Shown: piece after piece, positions 26,789 to 37,100 of the stretch
Numbering within the stretch: the first letter of the stretch is position 1
Layout of the letters: every line of letters starts with the position of its first letter
IMG/VR virus record: IMGVR_UViG_3300027804_000045
Span: 32,001-96,000 of that record
DNA: 64,000 nucleotides
Source of the DNA: a virus
Direction: 5' to 3' (one strand)
Made by a program: the position numbers and the translations under genes
Notes under the pieces: model-generated
What the model was told of the DNA's origin: nothing
The model's database searches: none
What the model saw: only the letters and a program-made list of their open reading frames with translations

Positions 26789-28857
26789 TTATATTGCTCC
26801 TCAACCATTTGCTTGTAAGTGTCAGTATTGCCTTTCTCTAGGAAATACATACCACGTTTGTTATCGTCATACTTTACATTCTTGTAGATATCTTCTGGCT
26901 TGTACCATATATTGTTGTCATTCAACATAGCACTACGATAACTTGATACATCAGTATCACCACTCATAGCAGCGACGATACCTGATTGATCTGCATCCAT
27001 ATAGTTCTTGTTGATCTCATCTTGTTGTTCTTTGTTGGCAGCAACTACTTCTTCTGCTCTTTTCTCTGCGTCACTCTTTTCGTCTTTGTTATTACCGAGT
27101 ACGCCCAGTATTTCAAGATTAGTAGTGTTTGGTACAACATTGAAAGCGTTTGCGAGATTTGGATCATTTTGTATTGTTACCTTTTCATCTTCTTCAAAAG
27201 CACTAACACTTGTATCTTCTGATTTTTGTTCTGTCTGTGCTAAAACATTTTGTACAAACTCAACATCATCAGTTGAAGTATCAGTTGGCTTGATATCTAT
27301 GTTCATGATATCAGTAAAACTATCAATAGTATCTACTGAACCATCAACACTTTGTTCTATGTTATTTGCTACAACTTCTTCAACAACTGTTTCAACTTTA
27401 TTTTCTTCGGTCATTATCTCAAAATCACTACTATCATTATCAGCAACACTATTATCAATGACATTATCTATAGTGATATTCTCAATAATACTATCATTTG
27501 ATTTAGTTTCACCACTTGCCATAGCTATACTTTCAGCCTGGCTTATGCTATCACTTGCGCTTTGTTCTGTTTGTGATTGTGTCTGAGCCATGCTAACATT
27601 GTTTAGTTGACGACCTGTCTCAAGTAGATCATTGGCACTGTCAATACTATTATCTGCTACAGTTTCATCGTTATCAATTTTATCTTGTTCTTTGGTTTCA
27701 ACTTCGTCATCAACAGTTGATATGTTTGTTCTTGCTGTAGTAGTTGATAATGTTTCTGTAGTTGCTACATTATTACTTGCGGCTGCTTCTGCTACGCTCA
27801 ATGCCAATTCAAGTGTATTTTTACTAATGCTATCGGCAAGTATCTGTGCTTTTTCTTCGTCTGTCAATTCACGATAAGTGACTTCTTTTTCATTAGTTTC
27901 TGCTGGTGTTTCTTCAACAGTAGTTTCTTCGTCTTGTAATAGTTCTTCTAACTCTGTCTCATCAATAGTTTCATCTGCTACAAATACCTCTTCTTCCTCA
28001 TCAGCAATGACTTCTGTGCCATCATCGCTGCCATCATCACTACCTGTGTTATCGTCATCAATAGCAGTTTCATCCGCTAACATCTCTGCTACTTCTTCTG
28101 GATCACTATAGTCTATGATACCATCATCATATAGGTCAAGTGTATTGATAATACAACTTGGGTCATATGGATTCAATGTACAGTCAACACCTATCACTGG
28201 ATCGGGTGCTTCAAGATAACCTATACGAAAATTCACACGGTCTATTGCTGGGCCATAATATCCACCCCAAAAACCTTCATCACGACCATAGAAACTTATG
28301 ATAGCAGATGTGAACAAGAACTCTGATTGTTGTGAACTATACCATCCAACTGCCTTGTAATCGAGTCCGTTCACACCAGGATCACCTGCTTTGAAATAAT
28401 CTGGACCTATAGGTATGAAGTTGAATGAGCCCGCTTCACCCTGTTCTGTGAAAAACTGTACGCTGGCACCAAACAAATCTCTTGGACCATCTGGGTTTTC
28501 GCAATAACCACCTATGCTGTTGTTACAGTTCATTCTATAGAAGAAGTCAAAATAGAATTCAAAACTATTTGTGTTATATTGGCTCAAATCTATATTAGTG
28601 GCTAATGTTGCACCCATATAAGAAAATTGAAAACATTGCCCTTGATTGCTCAATCCACCACATCCGGGTCGTATCGCACCACCACTAAAGTTATCGCCCT
28701 GCAATGTCCAATTGTTTGGTGTAGTACCTATTGGACCATCAAAACTAAAGTCAGGCACAAGATTACCTGTCTGTGTGGCACCAGCATAGGGGCTGACTTC
28801 TTGGGCCATTGCTGGCCCAAATAGTAATAGTGCTAACAATGCCAGTAGTTTTTTCAT
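26785..28857 (-). CDS. secreted protein with lectin-like N-domain and long acidic stalk
   Basis: Signal peptide MKKLLALL..AMA, DEGFWGGYYGPAID, CTLNPYDPSC, D/E-rich region. Confidence 0.75.
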   Translation of the reverse strand: MKKLLALLALLLFGPAMAQEVSPYAGATQTGNLVPDFSFDGPIGTTPNNWTLQGDNFSGGAIRPGCGGLSNQGQCFQFSYMGATLATNIDLSQYNTNSFEFYFDFFYRMNCNNSIGGYCENPDGPRDLFGASVQFFTEQGEAGSFNFIPIGPDYFKAGDPGVNGLDYKAVGWYSSQQSEFLFTSAIISFYGRDEGFWGGYYGPAIDRVNFRIGYLEAPDPVIGVDCTLNPYDPSCIINTLDLYDDGIIDYSDPEEVAEMLADETAIDDDNTGSDDGSDDGTEVIADEEEEVFVADETIDETELEELLQDEETTVEETPAETNEKEVTYRELTDEEKAQILADSISKNTLELALSVAEAAASNNVATTETLSTTTARTNISTVDDEVETKEQDKIDNDETVADNSIDSANDLLETGRQLNNVSMAQTQSQTEQSASDSISQAESIAMASGETKSNDSIIENITIDNVIDNSVADNDSSDFEIMTEENKVETVVEEVVANNIEQSVDGSVDTIDSFTDIMNIDIKPTDTSTDDVEFVQNVLAQTEQKSEDTSVSAFEEDEKVTIQNDPNLANAFNVVPNTTNLEILGVLGNNKDEKSDAEKRAEEVVAANKEQQDEINKNYMDADQSGIVAAMSGDTDVSSYRSAMLNDNNIWYKPEDIYKNVKYDDNKRGMYFLEKGNTDTYKQMVEEQYK

Positions 28858-30248
28858 CCTACTGGATCTGCCTCTGGCATATCTTCAGTCTTTTCAGCCT
28901 TGCTTTCGTCATTGTCACCAAAGATACTACGGAACCAGCCTTTCTTCTGATCTGGGCGTTCTGTCTTATTCTCAGACCATTGATCGGTTGCCTCTTTACC
29001 AATCTTGCCCATATATGGGCAAGGTGTACCTGCCATTTCCATAGCCTTGAATACACGCTCATCTTGGCACATCAATGACACTGCTGCGACTTTCATGCCC
29101 ATATCATATAATGTCTTTGATAACTTCAAGCGTTCGCAGTTCATATCACGCACAGCCTTACCTGCGCTCATACCAATAACTTGTGTCTGTACCGCACCAC
29201 TGATACCACTCACGCAAACATCTTGGCTATAAGTGCTGATCATTGGGGCTATGGCACTTGCCGGTGGAGCCTTGATCTCTTGCTCTACCTTTGTGATGTT
29301 CTCATTGCGATTGATGTTTGTATTAGTATTTTCTGTCTTTACATTGCTTTGGCTAGTGCTTTCGCTCTTGTTTACATTCTCGTTTTTGTTCACAGCAGTG
29401 CTTGTGCTAACATTCACATTGTTATTATTGTTGGTAGCAGTACTCACATTCTCGTTTTTATTCAAGTTTGTGTTAGTGCTGGTACTGACATTATTGTTAT
29501 TGTTAGTATTGACGCTGGTGCTGTTATTCGTGTTGACATTATTTGAGTTGATGTTGGTGTTGTTATTATTGTTATTATTATAAGTAACCTCACCGCTCAT
29601 GTTATTGTTGTTATTATTTGTGTTTGTGCTTGTAGATGTGTTGATATTGTTATTGGTATTGTTGCTTGTGGTCGTGTTCACATTGTTGTTATTATTAGTA
29701 ACCGTACCGCTCTGTATATTCAAGTTTGTATTTGTGTTTGTATTATTGTTTGTGTTTGTGTTACTGCTTGTAGTCGTATTGACATTATTGTTATTGTTAG
29801 TCAATGTACCACTTTGGATATTGTTATTTGTGTTGACATTATTGTTAGTGCTATTCACAGTGCTTGTGTTCACATTTGTATTTGTGTTAGTACTGGTCGT
29901 AGCATTATTATTGTTATAAGTCACAGTACCACTCATGACATTGTTGTTAGTGTTGGTATTTGTGCTTGTAGTCGTATTCGTGTTTATATTCGTGTTGGTG
30001 TTATCACTAGTACTTGTTGAAGTATTAGTGTTTGTATTTTGATTGACATTGGTAGCAGTACCACTTTGAATATTATAGTTTGTATTAGTATTCGTATTAG
30101 TGTTATCTGTGGTACTTGTAGTATTGCTTGTTGTTGTGACATTGCTTGTAGTATCTACAGTTGAAACCGTAGTTGTCTGTGCCATGGCCACGGTGATCAT
30201 GCCAGTACTAAGCACTGCCAATAGCAAAAGCTTATCGGATCTAAACAT
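28854..30248 (-). CDS. secreted Asn/Thr-repeat protein with Cys-rich C-terminal domain
   Basis: Signal peptide, ~300 aa N/T repeats, PPASAIAP...DVC...NCERLKL...MCQD...GTPCP. Confidence 0.8.
   Translation of the reverse strand: MFRSDKLLLLAVLSTGMITVAMAQTTTVSTVDTTSNVTTTSNTTSTTDNTNTNTNTNYNIQSGTATNVNQNTNTNTSTSTSDNTNTNINTNTTTSTNTNTNNNVMSGTVTYNNNNATTSTNTNTNVNTSTVNSTNNNVNTNNNIQSGTLTNNNNNVNTTTSSNTNTNNNTNTNTNLNIQSGTVTNNNNNVNTTTSNNTNNNINTSTSTNTNNNNNNMSGEVTYNNNNNNNTNINSNNVNTNNSTSVNTNNNNNVSTSTNTNLNKNENVSTATNNNNNVNVSTSTAVNKNENVNKSESTSQSNVKTENTNTNINRNENITKVEQEIKAPPASAIAPMISTYSQDVCVSGISGAVQTQVIGMSAGKAVRDMNCERLKLSKTLYDMGMKVAAVSLMCQDERVFKAMEMAGTPCPYMGKIGKEATDQWSENKTERPDQKKGWFRSIFGDNDESKAEKTEDMPEADPVG
29300..30170 (-). 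repeat. Asn/Thr low-complexity repeat punctuated by N(I/M)(Q)SG(T/E)xT motifs
   Basis: NIQSGTATN, VMSGTVTYN, NIQSGTLTN, NIQSGTVTN, NMSGEVTYN. Confidence 0.85.
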
Positions 30249-30350
30249 ATATTTTATTCCATATGCCTTCCCCCAAACGCCCCATGCTTTAGGTTCTGGC
30301 TACTTGCTATCCCTATTATTTTTATTTTAGGATAGACTTTTGTATAGTAT

Positions 30351-30357
30351 TATTTAT
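30351..30357 (-). promoter_or_regulatory. late-type promoter for the three-gene envelope module
   Basis: ATAAATA ~100 nt upstream of ATG. Confidence 0.5.
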
Positions 30358-30378
30358 GAGATATCGGTCAAAAATATA

Positions 30379-30552
30379 TCAGTATTTGTTTAGTTTATGC
30401 TTGAGTGCGCTGAACAATTCTGGATCAAGTGTTTTCAGATCCTGCACCCATTGTTCTAGATCAATCTGATGTAATGCTCTGCGAATATCTGCTGCTTCGC
30501 GGTCATAGATATCTAAATCATCCCATTCATGTTCAGGTTTACTGTACAACAT
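30379..30552 (-). CDS. hypothetical protein, 57 aa (not in ORF track)
   Basis: MLYSKPEHEWDDLDIYDRE...KLNKY*; GGAG RBS. Confidence 0.65.
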   Translation of the reverse strand: MLYSKPEHEWDDLDIYDREAADIRRALHQIDLEQWVQDLKTLDPELFSALKHKLNKY

Positions 30553-30611
30553 ATGCTATTACTCCGAACAAAATTATGAGTGCCATAATTATATATACGA
30601 ATGTTCTAAAT

Positions 30612-30842
30612 CTAACCGTGACTCGGAAAAGTTCCATCAAGTACTAGCCTATGTTGTAGTTGACCTTCATTGAAGATATGTAGCATGCCTGGAAATTGTT
30701 CGAACTCAAAAACATATCTTACATCGCCGCGTGTTGTGACAGCGATACCTACAATGATCCCATCTGCTTCATAAGTGCCGCCGGTCTTGCGAACATAGTC
30801 GCCTTCACGAAATTTCAATTCTGGTAAATCAATAGTTGTCAT
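30612..30842 (-). CDS. small SH3/KOW-like hypothetical protein
   Basis: KFREGDYVRKTGGTY...RYVFE...LHIFNE.QL. Confidence 0.7.
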   Translation of the reverse strand: MTTIDLPELKFREGDYVRKTGGTYEADGIIVGIAVTTRGDVRYVFEFEQFPGMLHIFNEGQLQHRLVLDGTFPSHG

Positions 30843-31057
30843 ACGTAATCCTTTAGTCCAAAATGTGCGCGAATCTTGTCACCATAATCCTTATAAGGAT
30901 AACTGCTGTTACTATCTGCCACAGTAGCGCATTCTTCTACGATTGCTTCAGCAAAACGCTGTAGTGTATCAGGATTTACTTCCGGGTAGAAACTGCCCCC
31001 GGTGTTGAGGGCGATTTCATAAACTTTTTTAGTGAGTTGTTTAGGTTTGTGATTCAT
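30839..31057 (-). CDS. hypothetical protein
   Basis: LQRFAEAIVEECA...IRAHFG; own promoter. Confidence 0.75.
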   Translation of the reverse strand: MNHKPKQLTKKVYEIALNTGGSFYPEVNPDTLQRFAEAIVEECATVADSNSSYPYKDYGDKIRAHFGLKDYV

Positions 31058-31063
31058 ATATTG

Positions 31064-31092
31064 ATTATATAATCACAAAACTCTTATGTCAA
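31064..31092 (-). promoter_or_regulatory. consensus sigma70 promoter, leaderless
   Basis: TTGACA-17-TATAAT-6nt-ATG. Confidence 0.85.
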
Positions 31093-31096
31093 TATT

Positions 31097-31240
31097 TTAT
31101 TTGAAAAAGGGTAAAAAAGCCTTGACCTTATCTAAATGTTTTTGTAAATGTTTTTCTTGAAAGTTTTTTGCGAATTGTGGTTGTGGGAAATTCCAACCAA
31201 TAAATGCACCGACTAGTATCCAAAATAGTGTTTCTAACAT
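31097..31240 (-). CDS. small membrane protein, 47 aa (not in ORF track)
   Basis: MLETLFWILVGAFIGWNFPQP...; AGGAG RBS. Confidence 0.75.
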   Translation of the reverse strand: MLETLFWILVGAFIGWNFPQPQFAKNFQEKHLQKHLDKVKAFLPFFK

Positions 31241-31251
31241 GGTTTTTCTCC

Positions 31252-31722
31252 TTAGTTACACCAACTTTGCTTCTTTTCACCAAAGTAAGCACGGGCGTAA
31301 CCATTTTTGATCAATAGTTCTGATAACTTCTGACCATCTAGGTATACATCGCCCAATACACGACCACCAAACTTATCATGGTCTTTGATTTCAAATTGTA
31401 TGACTTTTGCTTTTGCTACAGCATCTTTAGTGAATGCGCTAGCCTTTTGTGCTAATGCATCTTCGCTAGGACATTGGGCGCGACCGCCCTTCTCTGGTGT
31501 ATCAACACCCAATACACGCAATGATAATACTGGCTTTAGACCTAGATACTGTTGCATGAATGGTGCTTCAAACTGTATAGTATCACCGTCGCTTACTTTG
31601 ACAACTTTATATGAATATAATTGCTGACTGAAGATTTTTGGGCTATAAAATGCTACTGGAAGACCTATTAGTAATCCTACTAAAATATGTTTAGCATAAT
31701 AGTTTATTTTACTTGTCATCAT
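31252..31722 (-). CDS. thermonuclease (SNase-like), membrane-anchored or secreted
   Basis: VSDGDT, RVLGVDTPE, DKFGGRVLG, LIKNGYA; N-terminal hydrophobic stretch. Confidence 0.9.
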   Translation of the reverse strand: MMTSKINYYAKHILVGLLIGLPVAFYSPKIFSQQLYSYKVVKVSDGDTIQFEAPFMQQYLGLKPVLSLRVLGVDTPEKGGRAQCPSEDALAQKASAFTKDAVAKAKVIQFEIKDHDKFGGRVLGDVYLDGQKLSELLIKNGYARAYFGEKKQSWCN

Positions 31723-32095
31723 AATCTCCAGCAAATCCGCTCATATAACGACTGCCCTTGATCTTTCCTAATTCTGGCTTTTTGAATTCTTGCTTTAGTG
31801 AAGCCATGAAGCCCTCTAGGCTGTTGCTTGCTTGATTTTGCAATGATTCTTTATCGGATGGATTTAGACCCATATACTTTTTGACAAAAGCAGCAATCTG
31901 ATCCATTGACAACTTAGCCTTCTTACCATCTTTGAATAGTATAGGATAGTTGCCATCAACATCGATTGCCTTACGCAACTGCATCAGGATATGAGGAACT
32001 TTATCAGCATCTGGATCTTCTGGCTTATCCACAACATCGTCAAGATCATCTGATCTTGCAAGTTTCTTTGCTTCGATAACTTCAAAAATCTTCAT
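31709..32095 (-). CDS. putative capsid-targeted hypothetical protein
   Basis: MKIFEVIEA start; HILMQLRKAID...I.FKDG. Confidence 0.75.
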   Translation of the reverse strand: MKIFEVIEAKKLARSDDLDDVVDKPEDPDADKVPHILMQLRKAIDVDGNYPILFKDGKKAKLSMDQIAAFVKKYMGLNPSDKESLQNQASNSLEGFMASLKQEFKKPELGKIKGSRYMSGFAGDYDDK

Positions 32096-32120
32096 AAAAA
32101 TGTTCCTCAATCTATGTATA

Positions 32121-32127
32121 TATTTAT
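32121..32127 (-). promoter_or_regulatory. late-type promoter
   Basis: ATAAATA then GAGG RBS. Confidence 0.6.
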
Positions 32128-32858
32128 GCCCAAGGATCGGTAATGACTAATGTGCCATCACTACGTCTCATTACGTTTTCAGTATGAGGATCCCAACCAT
32201 ACCCTTTGCTATTTCCTACTTTATGTAATTTACGCAAGGTGTTGTAGAATATCTCATATTCTTTCAACTTGCTAGTATTTTGGGCAACAAACTCTTTCTG
32301 TAGTTTTTTAGCATTTGGGTACATGCCCTCGCCCGAATCTTTACTTATTATGTCTACGACTTTCGCCCAATCTAATTGCTTTGCTGAAAGATCGGCTAAC
32401 ATCCAAACTACGTATTCGTCTAATGAGCCCTTTTCTAATGGGTATAATTGTTCCATACCATACTGAACAAACGGTTGATCATTTATAGTGAAGTTATAAA
32501 CTTCACGACCATCTACTTGTTTGAATTGTGGCAAATTAGGTGCATTTAGTTTTTTGCTCAATTGATAAAACATTCTGAATGTTTCATGGGCAGTATTATC
32601 TTCTTTAGGCATGAGTATCTTGACTACAGTACCTTCATCTTTCATCCATACTTGCGCATCATAGCCGCTGCCTATAAACTTATACCCTGCTGCTTTCAAT
32701 TTGTTTTTTACAAATTTACTTAGATCCTCATCTTCATTTGTTTTCTTCTTACGACCTTGACAATGGGCGCGTTGACTAAAGCCTTTAGGATTATTACAAT
32801 TGATACTGCGCTTATATTTTTGTGACCACTTTTCTGATATGAATTCTTTACTGCGCAT
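32124..32858 (-). CDS. putative capsid-targeted protein-kinase-like enzyme
   Basis: MRSKEFISE; IGSGYDAQVW, VVKI, MEQL, DPHTENVM, ITDP. Confidence 0.75.
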   Translation of the reverse strand: MRSKEFISEKWSQKYKRSINCNNPKGFSQRAHCQGRKKKTNEDEDLSKFVKNKLKAAGYKFIGSGYDAQVWMKDEGTVVKILMPKEDNTAHETFRMFYQLSKKLNAPNLPQFKQVDGREVYNFTINDQPFVQYGMEQLYPLEKGSLDEYVVWMLADLSAKQLDWAKVVDIISKDSGEGMYPNAKKLQKEFVAQNTSKLKEYEIFYNTLRKLHKVGNSKGYGWDPHTENVMRRSDGTLVITDPWA

Positions 32859-33430
32859 TATTTTCTACCGATCTTCATATAGCGAGTATAATCAGTTTCC
32901 GGATCTTGTAATTCTTTTTTACCTAGATAATTTACAACAGTCATAGGAAACATATCGTCAAACTGTTTCATATCAGCAACTTTAGTTTTGCTCCCGCTCA
33001 CGCTATCACGACCCTGTACTACAACAGGCATACCTTCTGGTACAACATCATACCAATCTGTACTCATGTCATTAATGCTTGTGTTGATTACAATGCCTGG
33101 CTTATCGTATATTACATCTTTAGCATCGGTATGTAAAAATATTAATTGACCGTCGTTGAATAATGGTCTTAATAAACGTTCGCTTGTTTTTAATACACTA
33201 TCGTTAATATCTATCAATACGATATGATCAAAGACGATGCCGGCTTTCTGTAGGATATATGCTAGATTGCCATACCAGCTACCTAATACATAGATAGTTC
33301 TCGCGCATTTATTACCTAGACCTTCCTTAACTTTATTTGCCAGCCATTGTTTGCTAGTCACTAGATCGTCAGTTAAACTACCTTCTAGTGTATTTGGGCT
33401 GGCCTCGTTAGTAAGATCACGTATGCGCAT
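32858..33430 (-). CDS. putative capsid-targeted class I SAM-methyltransferase-like protein
   Basis: MRIRDLTNE; SKQWL, VLGSWYG, LIDIN, INTS, RYMKIG. Confidence 0.65.
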   Translation of the reverse strand: MRIRDLTNEASPNTLEGSLTDDLVTSKQWLANKVKEGLGNKCARTIYVLGSWYGNLAYILQKAGIVFDHIVLIDINDSVLKTSERLLRPLFNDGQLIFLHTDAKDVIYDKPGIVINTSINDMSTDWYDVVPEGMPVVVQGRDSVSGSKTKVADMKQFDDMFPMTVVNYLGKKELQDPETDYTRYMKIGRK

Positions 33431-33434
33431 TTCA

Positions 33435-33875
33435 TTATTGTCTATCTTTCTTAAGAACGCTCTTGATCATCCAATTATGTTTTGCATGTGCGTCTAATCT
33501 TTCAGCAAGATAATTCTCAATGCCTCTTTGATTTTCTTTGCCTGCTACAACAAAGCATTCTTGTAATAGACCTAATAATAATTCATTATCGCTCTGTAAT
33601 TCAGCGAACATGAGTTCGGCGCGTGGTACCATAGTTTGATCAGGAAGTATTGATAATTCTTTATAACGCTCAAAACTGCCGGGTGTATAACTATCTAATG
33701 TGCGGATGTACTCTGCTGTCTTATCTAAGCTAGCATATACTTCAGCGTATAGATCGCCGAAAAATTCATGGTATTGGGGAAAGTTTGGTCCTTCAACATT
33801 CCAATGAAAATACTGTGCCTTGATGACGAAGGCATATGAACTTGCTAATAATACTTTTAATTTATCTGCTAACAT
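33435..33875 (-). CDS. dps: DNA protection during starvation ferritin-like protein
   Basis: FHWNVEGPNFPQYH.FF..LY, D..AE.IR, H.K..WM. Confidence 0.93.
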   Translation of the reverse strand: MLADKLKVLLASSYAFVIKAQYFHWNVEGPNFPQYHEFFGDLYAEVYASLDKTAEYIRTLDSYTPGSFERYKELSILPDQTMVPRAELMFAELQSDNELLLGLLQECFVVAGKENQRGIENYLAERLDAHAKHNWMIKSVLKKDRQ

Positions 33876-33876
33876 A

Positions 33877-33996
33877 TTAATTCGCCTGTATGAAATCTTC
33901 TAGCAACTTTCTTGCTTCACGAAAATTCTGTGCTGTGCATTCAAATACTTTGACTTGACCGCTTTTGCATAAAACTTCAAACTTATAATTTTTCAT
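33877..33996 (-). CDS. hypothetical protein, 39 aa
   Basis: MKNYKFEVLCKSGQVK...FIQAN*; GAGG RBS. Confidence 0.55.
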   Translation of the reverse strand: MKNYKFEVLCKSGQVKVFECTAQNFREARKLLEDFIQAN

Positions 33997-34007
33997 TTTT
34001 TATTCCT

Positions 34008-34190
34008 CTACAGACCATTAATTAAATATTTTTTAAAATGATCCTCATCCTTTTTTTTACAAATTTCATCGCTCACTTTTGTTTTCCAAATTTCTGGAAA
34101 TATTCCATGTACTAATAATATCAATGCCCAACGCCATGCTCTAATCAAATGTTTAAAGTAACCTATATTATTGTCACTTAGATGTGTCAA
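34008..34190 (-). CDS. DUF6356-like small protein
   Basis: HL....GYFKHL..A....L.LLVHGIFP. Confidence 0.65.
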   Translation of the reverse strand: MTHLSDNNIGYFKHLIRAWRWALILLVHGIFPEIWKTKVSDEICKKKDEDHFKKYLINGL

Positions 34191-34192
34191 GA

Positions 34193-37100
34193 TTAGCGTC
34201 CTTTAATTCCTTTTAATATTGAACTTTCTTTTGTTTTTTGTGGCTGAAGTTGTTGCATTCTCTTTTGTACTTCCGCATCAAGTTTAGGACGATCACGTTC
34301 TAAATAATGTCCCGGAACTTCTACTGGTTCTTCAGGCTGACTGATATCATAGGGTGCTGATTTAGGCGCCCCCGGCTTTTTATATACAGCATTCGGGTTT
34401 GGTACAGGTTTATCCTGTTTGTTCTTATCAGCATTCCTATCTAAAAATTTTTGTAATATTTCCATCTCATTCACCTGTGCTATTATATTATTTGTAGGAA
34501 CATCCGGGAAGTAATGTTTCATACCTTCTTTACCGTGTTCTTGTCTTACCATCAATCTTTGAATACTATCTAAATCTTTTGCACTGATTTTGCTGTCAGG
34601 ATCTAGTCCTAACTCACCAAAAGTATTTTTAATATATGTGTTTGTATCGTTGTTGTCTACTGGCGGGGCATACTTGTGAATCAACTGTCTGCCTGTCAAT
34701 CCTCTCTTTAATGCATCCAATGCTAACTGTCTGCGCATTGCTTCTTTGCCATCTTCGGGATTAGCAAATATAGCGAAACCATTTTTATCAAAGCCTACTG
34801 CTTTATCTAATACGTATCCTGGTCTACGTAGTGCGTCTGTACCGCGCAAATTGCCAGGATTATTTCTTGGATCTACAAAAGTACTGCCTGAGCTTCTACC
34901 ACTATCTGGATATCTGTTGCTAATTTTAGGTTCTACTTTTGGTATAGAAGCGACTGGTGCAACAGGCGCAATAATTGGTTCAGACTGTGTTGGTCTATTA
35001 TATATTATATCACTTAGCGTATCACCTTTTTGTACAACATAAGTATCGCCGGAAGGTAGTCTGATCTTTTGTCCTATATAAATTAAGTTAGGATCTTTAA
35101 TTTTATTTGCTGCTGCTATTTGTTTTATCAAATTTGCGTCATATTCTTTGACCGGCACTTTAGGTTCTATGGCTTTTACTTTAGCATAGTGATCCATTGC
35201 TGTGCCAGGTTTAGCAACTTTTCCAGCAGCAACTTTCCAACCCGGAGGTGCTGTTTGCTTAGTGATTGGATTTATTTTTGCAGGTTCTGGTCTGCCGCCT
35301 CTTACTGCTGCTGATGCCTTATCTAAAAATGCATTGATAGTTTTAGGACTTAATTCATTAACCTTCTCTGCTTTACCTTTTTTAGCATCCTGTTTAAATT
35401 GCAATCTAGTTGCGCGATTTATTCCGCTAAAACGCTTGTTGCCTTTTTGAAAGTCGCCTTCTTTATCAGCAGCACTTGCTTCTGTACCTGCCTTCTTTTT
35501 ATAACTTGCTAGAGTTTCAGGACTCAATTCATTTATCATCTCATCTTCAGGAGTCATAAGTGTAGTCTTAGATGTTTTTGCAGGTTGAGATGGTCTTTGA
35601 ATCTGATATTGGTTTTTAGGATCCGCGAACCAGGCACGTTGAATACTACTATCGGTTGGATCTTTGGCAGTTTCATCCCCTGCAAAATATTTACGCATAG
35701 TAGCGATACGTTTTGTTCCGCCTTTAATTGCGCTAGAAATACCTTCATCCATCTCATCTGGTTTAAGTTTAATCTTGCGATATGCTTGACCCATGCCACC
35801 TGGTGTATTGATTGTTTCTTCTATTTCAGGGGGCATCCATTTTTGATATTGTCCTGCTTTAGGCATATCGTCAAATGATGGAAGTGTTTGATCCCATGTT
35901 TTGTATTGGCCTGGCTTCATATCAGGACTCGCGGCTTGTCTAGATGTTTGAGCAGCAGGTTTTTTAACACCTATATCTTTATAATCAATATTATATTTGC
36001 GCATCAATGCGTTCATCTGTCTCTGTTGTATATCCATATCAACAGGATCTCCGCCGCGCATAATTGATTTAAACAATTGTGCTACTGTGTTTACCGCGCC
36101 TAGACGGCCGCCTGCTTCATCAAGTTCTTCGCCTAATCCAAAGCCGCCAACTGCACCTGCGCTATAACCTTCTTTGATACCTCGACCTATTGAACTTGTT
36201 GGTTTATAATTTTTAAAGTAATCTTTTACTGCTTGAGGATTGTCATAGGCAGCAAGTGCTGCTTCCGCACCTAATGACGCTGCTTGTGCTCCGAAATGGG
36301 GTACAAGGCCGGTAGTAGTAGCGACACCTCTTAATGCTGCACCAGCGTAATCTTTATTGCCTAAACGTTTTTGAAAATCTTTATAATCATCCTGTACAGT
36401 TAATAAAGTTGCTGCAGGTAAAACTCCCTTACCTATTGTTTTTGCTGCTTTCTTAATTGCGCCTGATGAAGGTTGAGGAACAGCAACAGCATCAGTATTT
36501 TCAAATGGCATTTCAGGTTGTGAATATTCAATCTTTCTTGGTCTTTGAGGTATTGCTACGTCAGTTGATCTGTTTCTATCGATAGGACCATTTGGTTCTG
36601 ACGTATCAGCACCTGGTGCACCTAATATATCAGAATCTTGCTCATCAGGTACAGCGACCGGAGGAGGAGTCATGATTGATGTGTCGCTAGATGGAGGTGC
36701 TGTTGTTATATCTACTGTATCTTTATCAGGCGAAGGCGGCGGAGGATTGTTGCTTGCGCTTGATGTAGGACCGCCACCGGATGGTGGAGGGGGAGGGGGA
36801 GGTGGAGCGGATGATGTCTGTGCGGGAGCAGTTGTTTTATCTCTTGGATCTGTACCTTTGACTAGCCCTGCCGCAGCGCCGCCGACAACACCTAATGCTG
36901 CTAATGCTGCTTTAACCTTTTTCGGTACAAGTGGAGATTTTGCGACATCATCAGCCCATTTACTGTTATCAGGAAGATTTTTCCACCAGCGCATGTCTGG
37001 TTCATAACCCTTTTTACCTATCTGTGCTCCTAAACTTTGTGGAGGTGCTGCAGGTGCCGCAGCAACAGATGGTGTCCTTGTAGTTTTAGGTTTTGTCGTT

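Noticed and set aside
29300-30170. CRISPR or non-coding repeat array
   Set aside because: Repeats are degenerate, in frame and lack constant repeat-spacer structure; the same holds for the collagen and KPADAKADE repeats.
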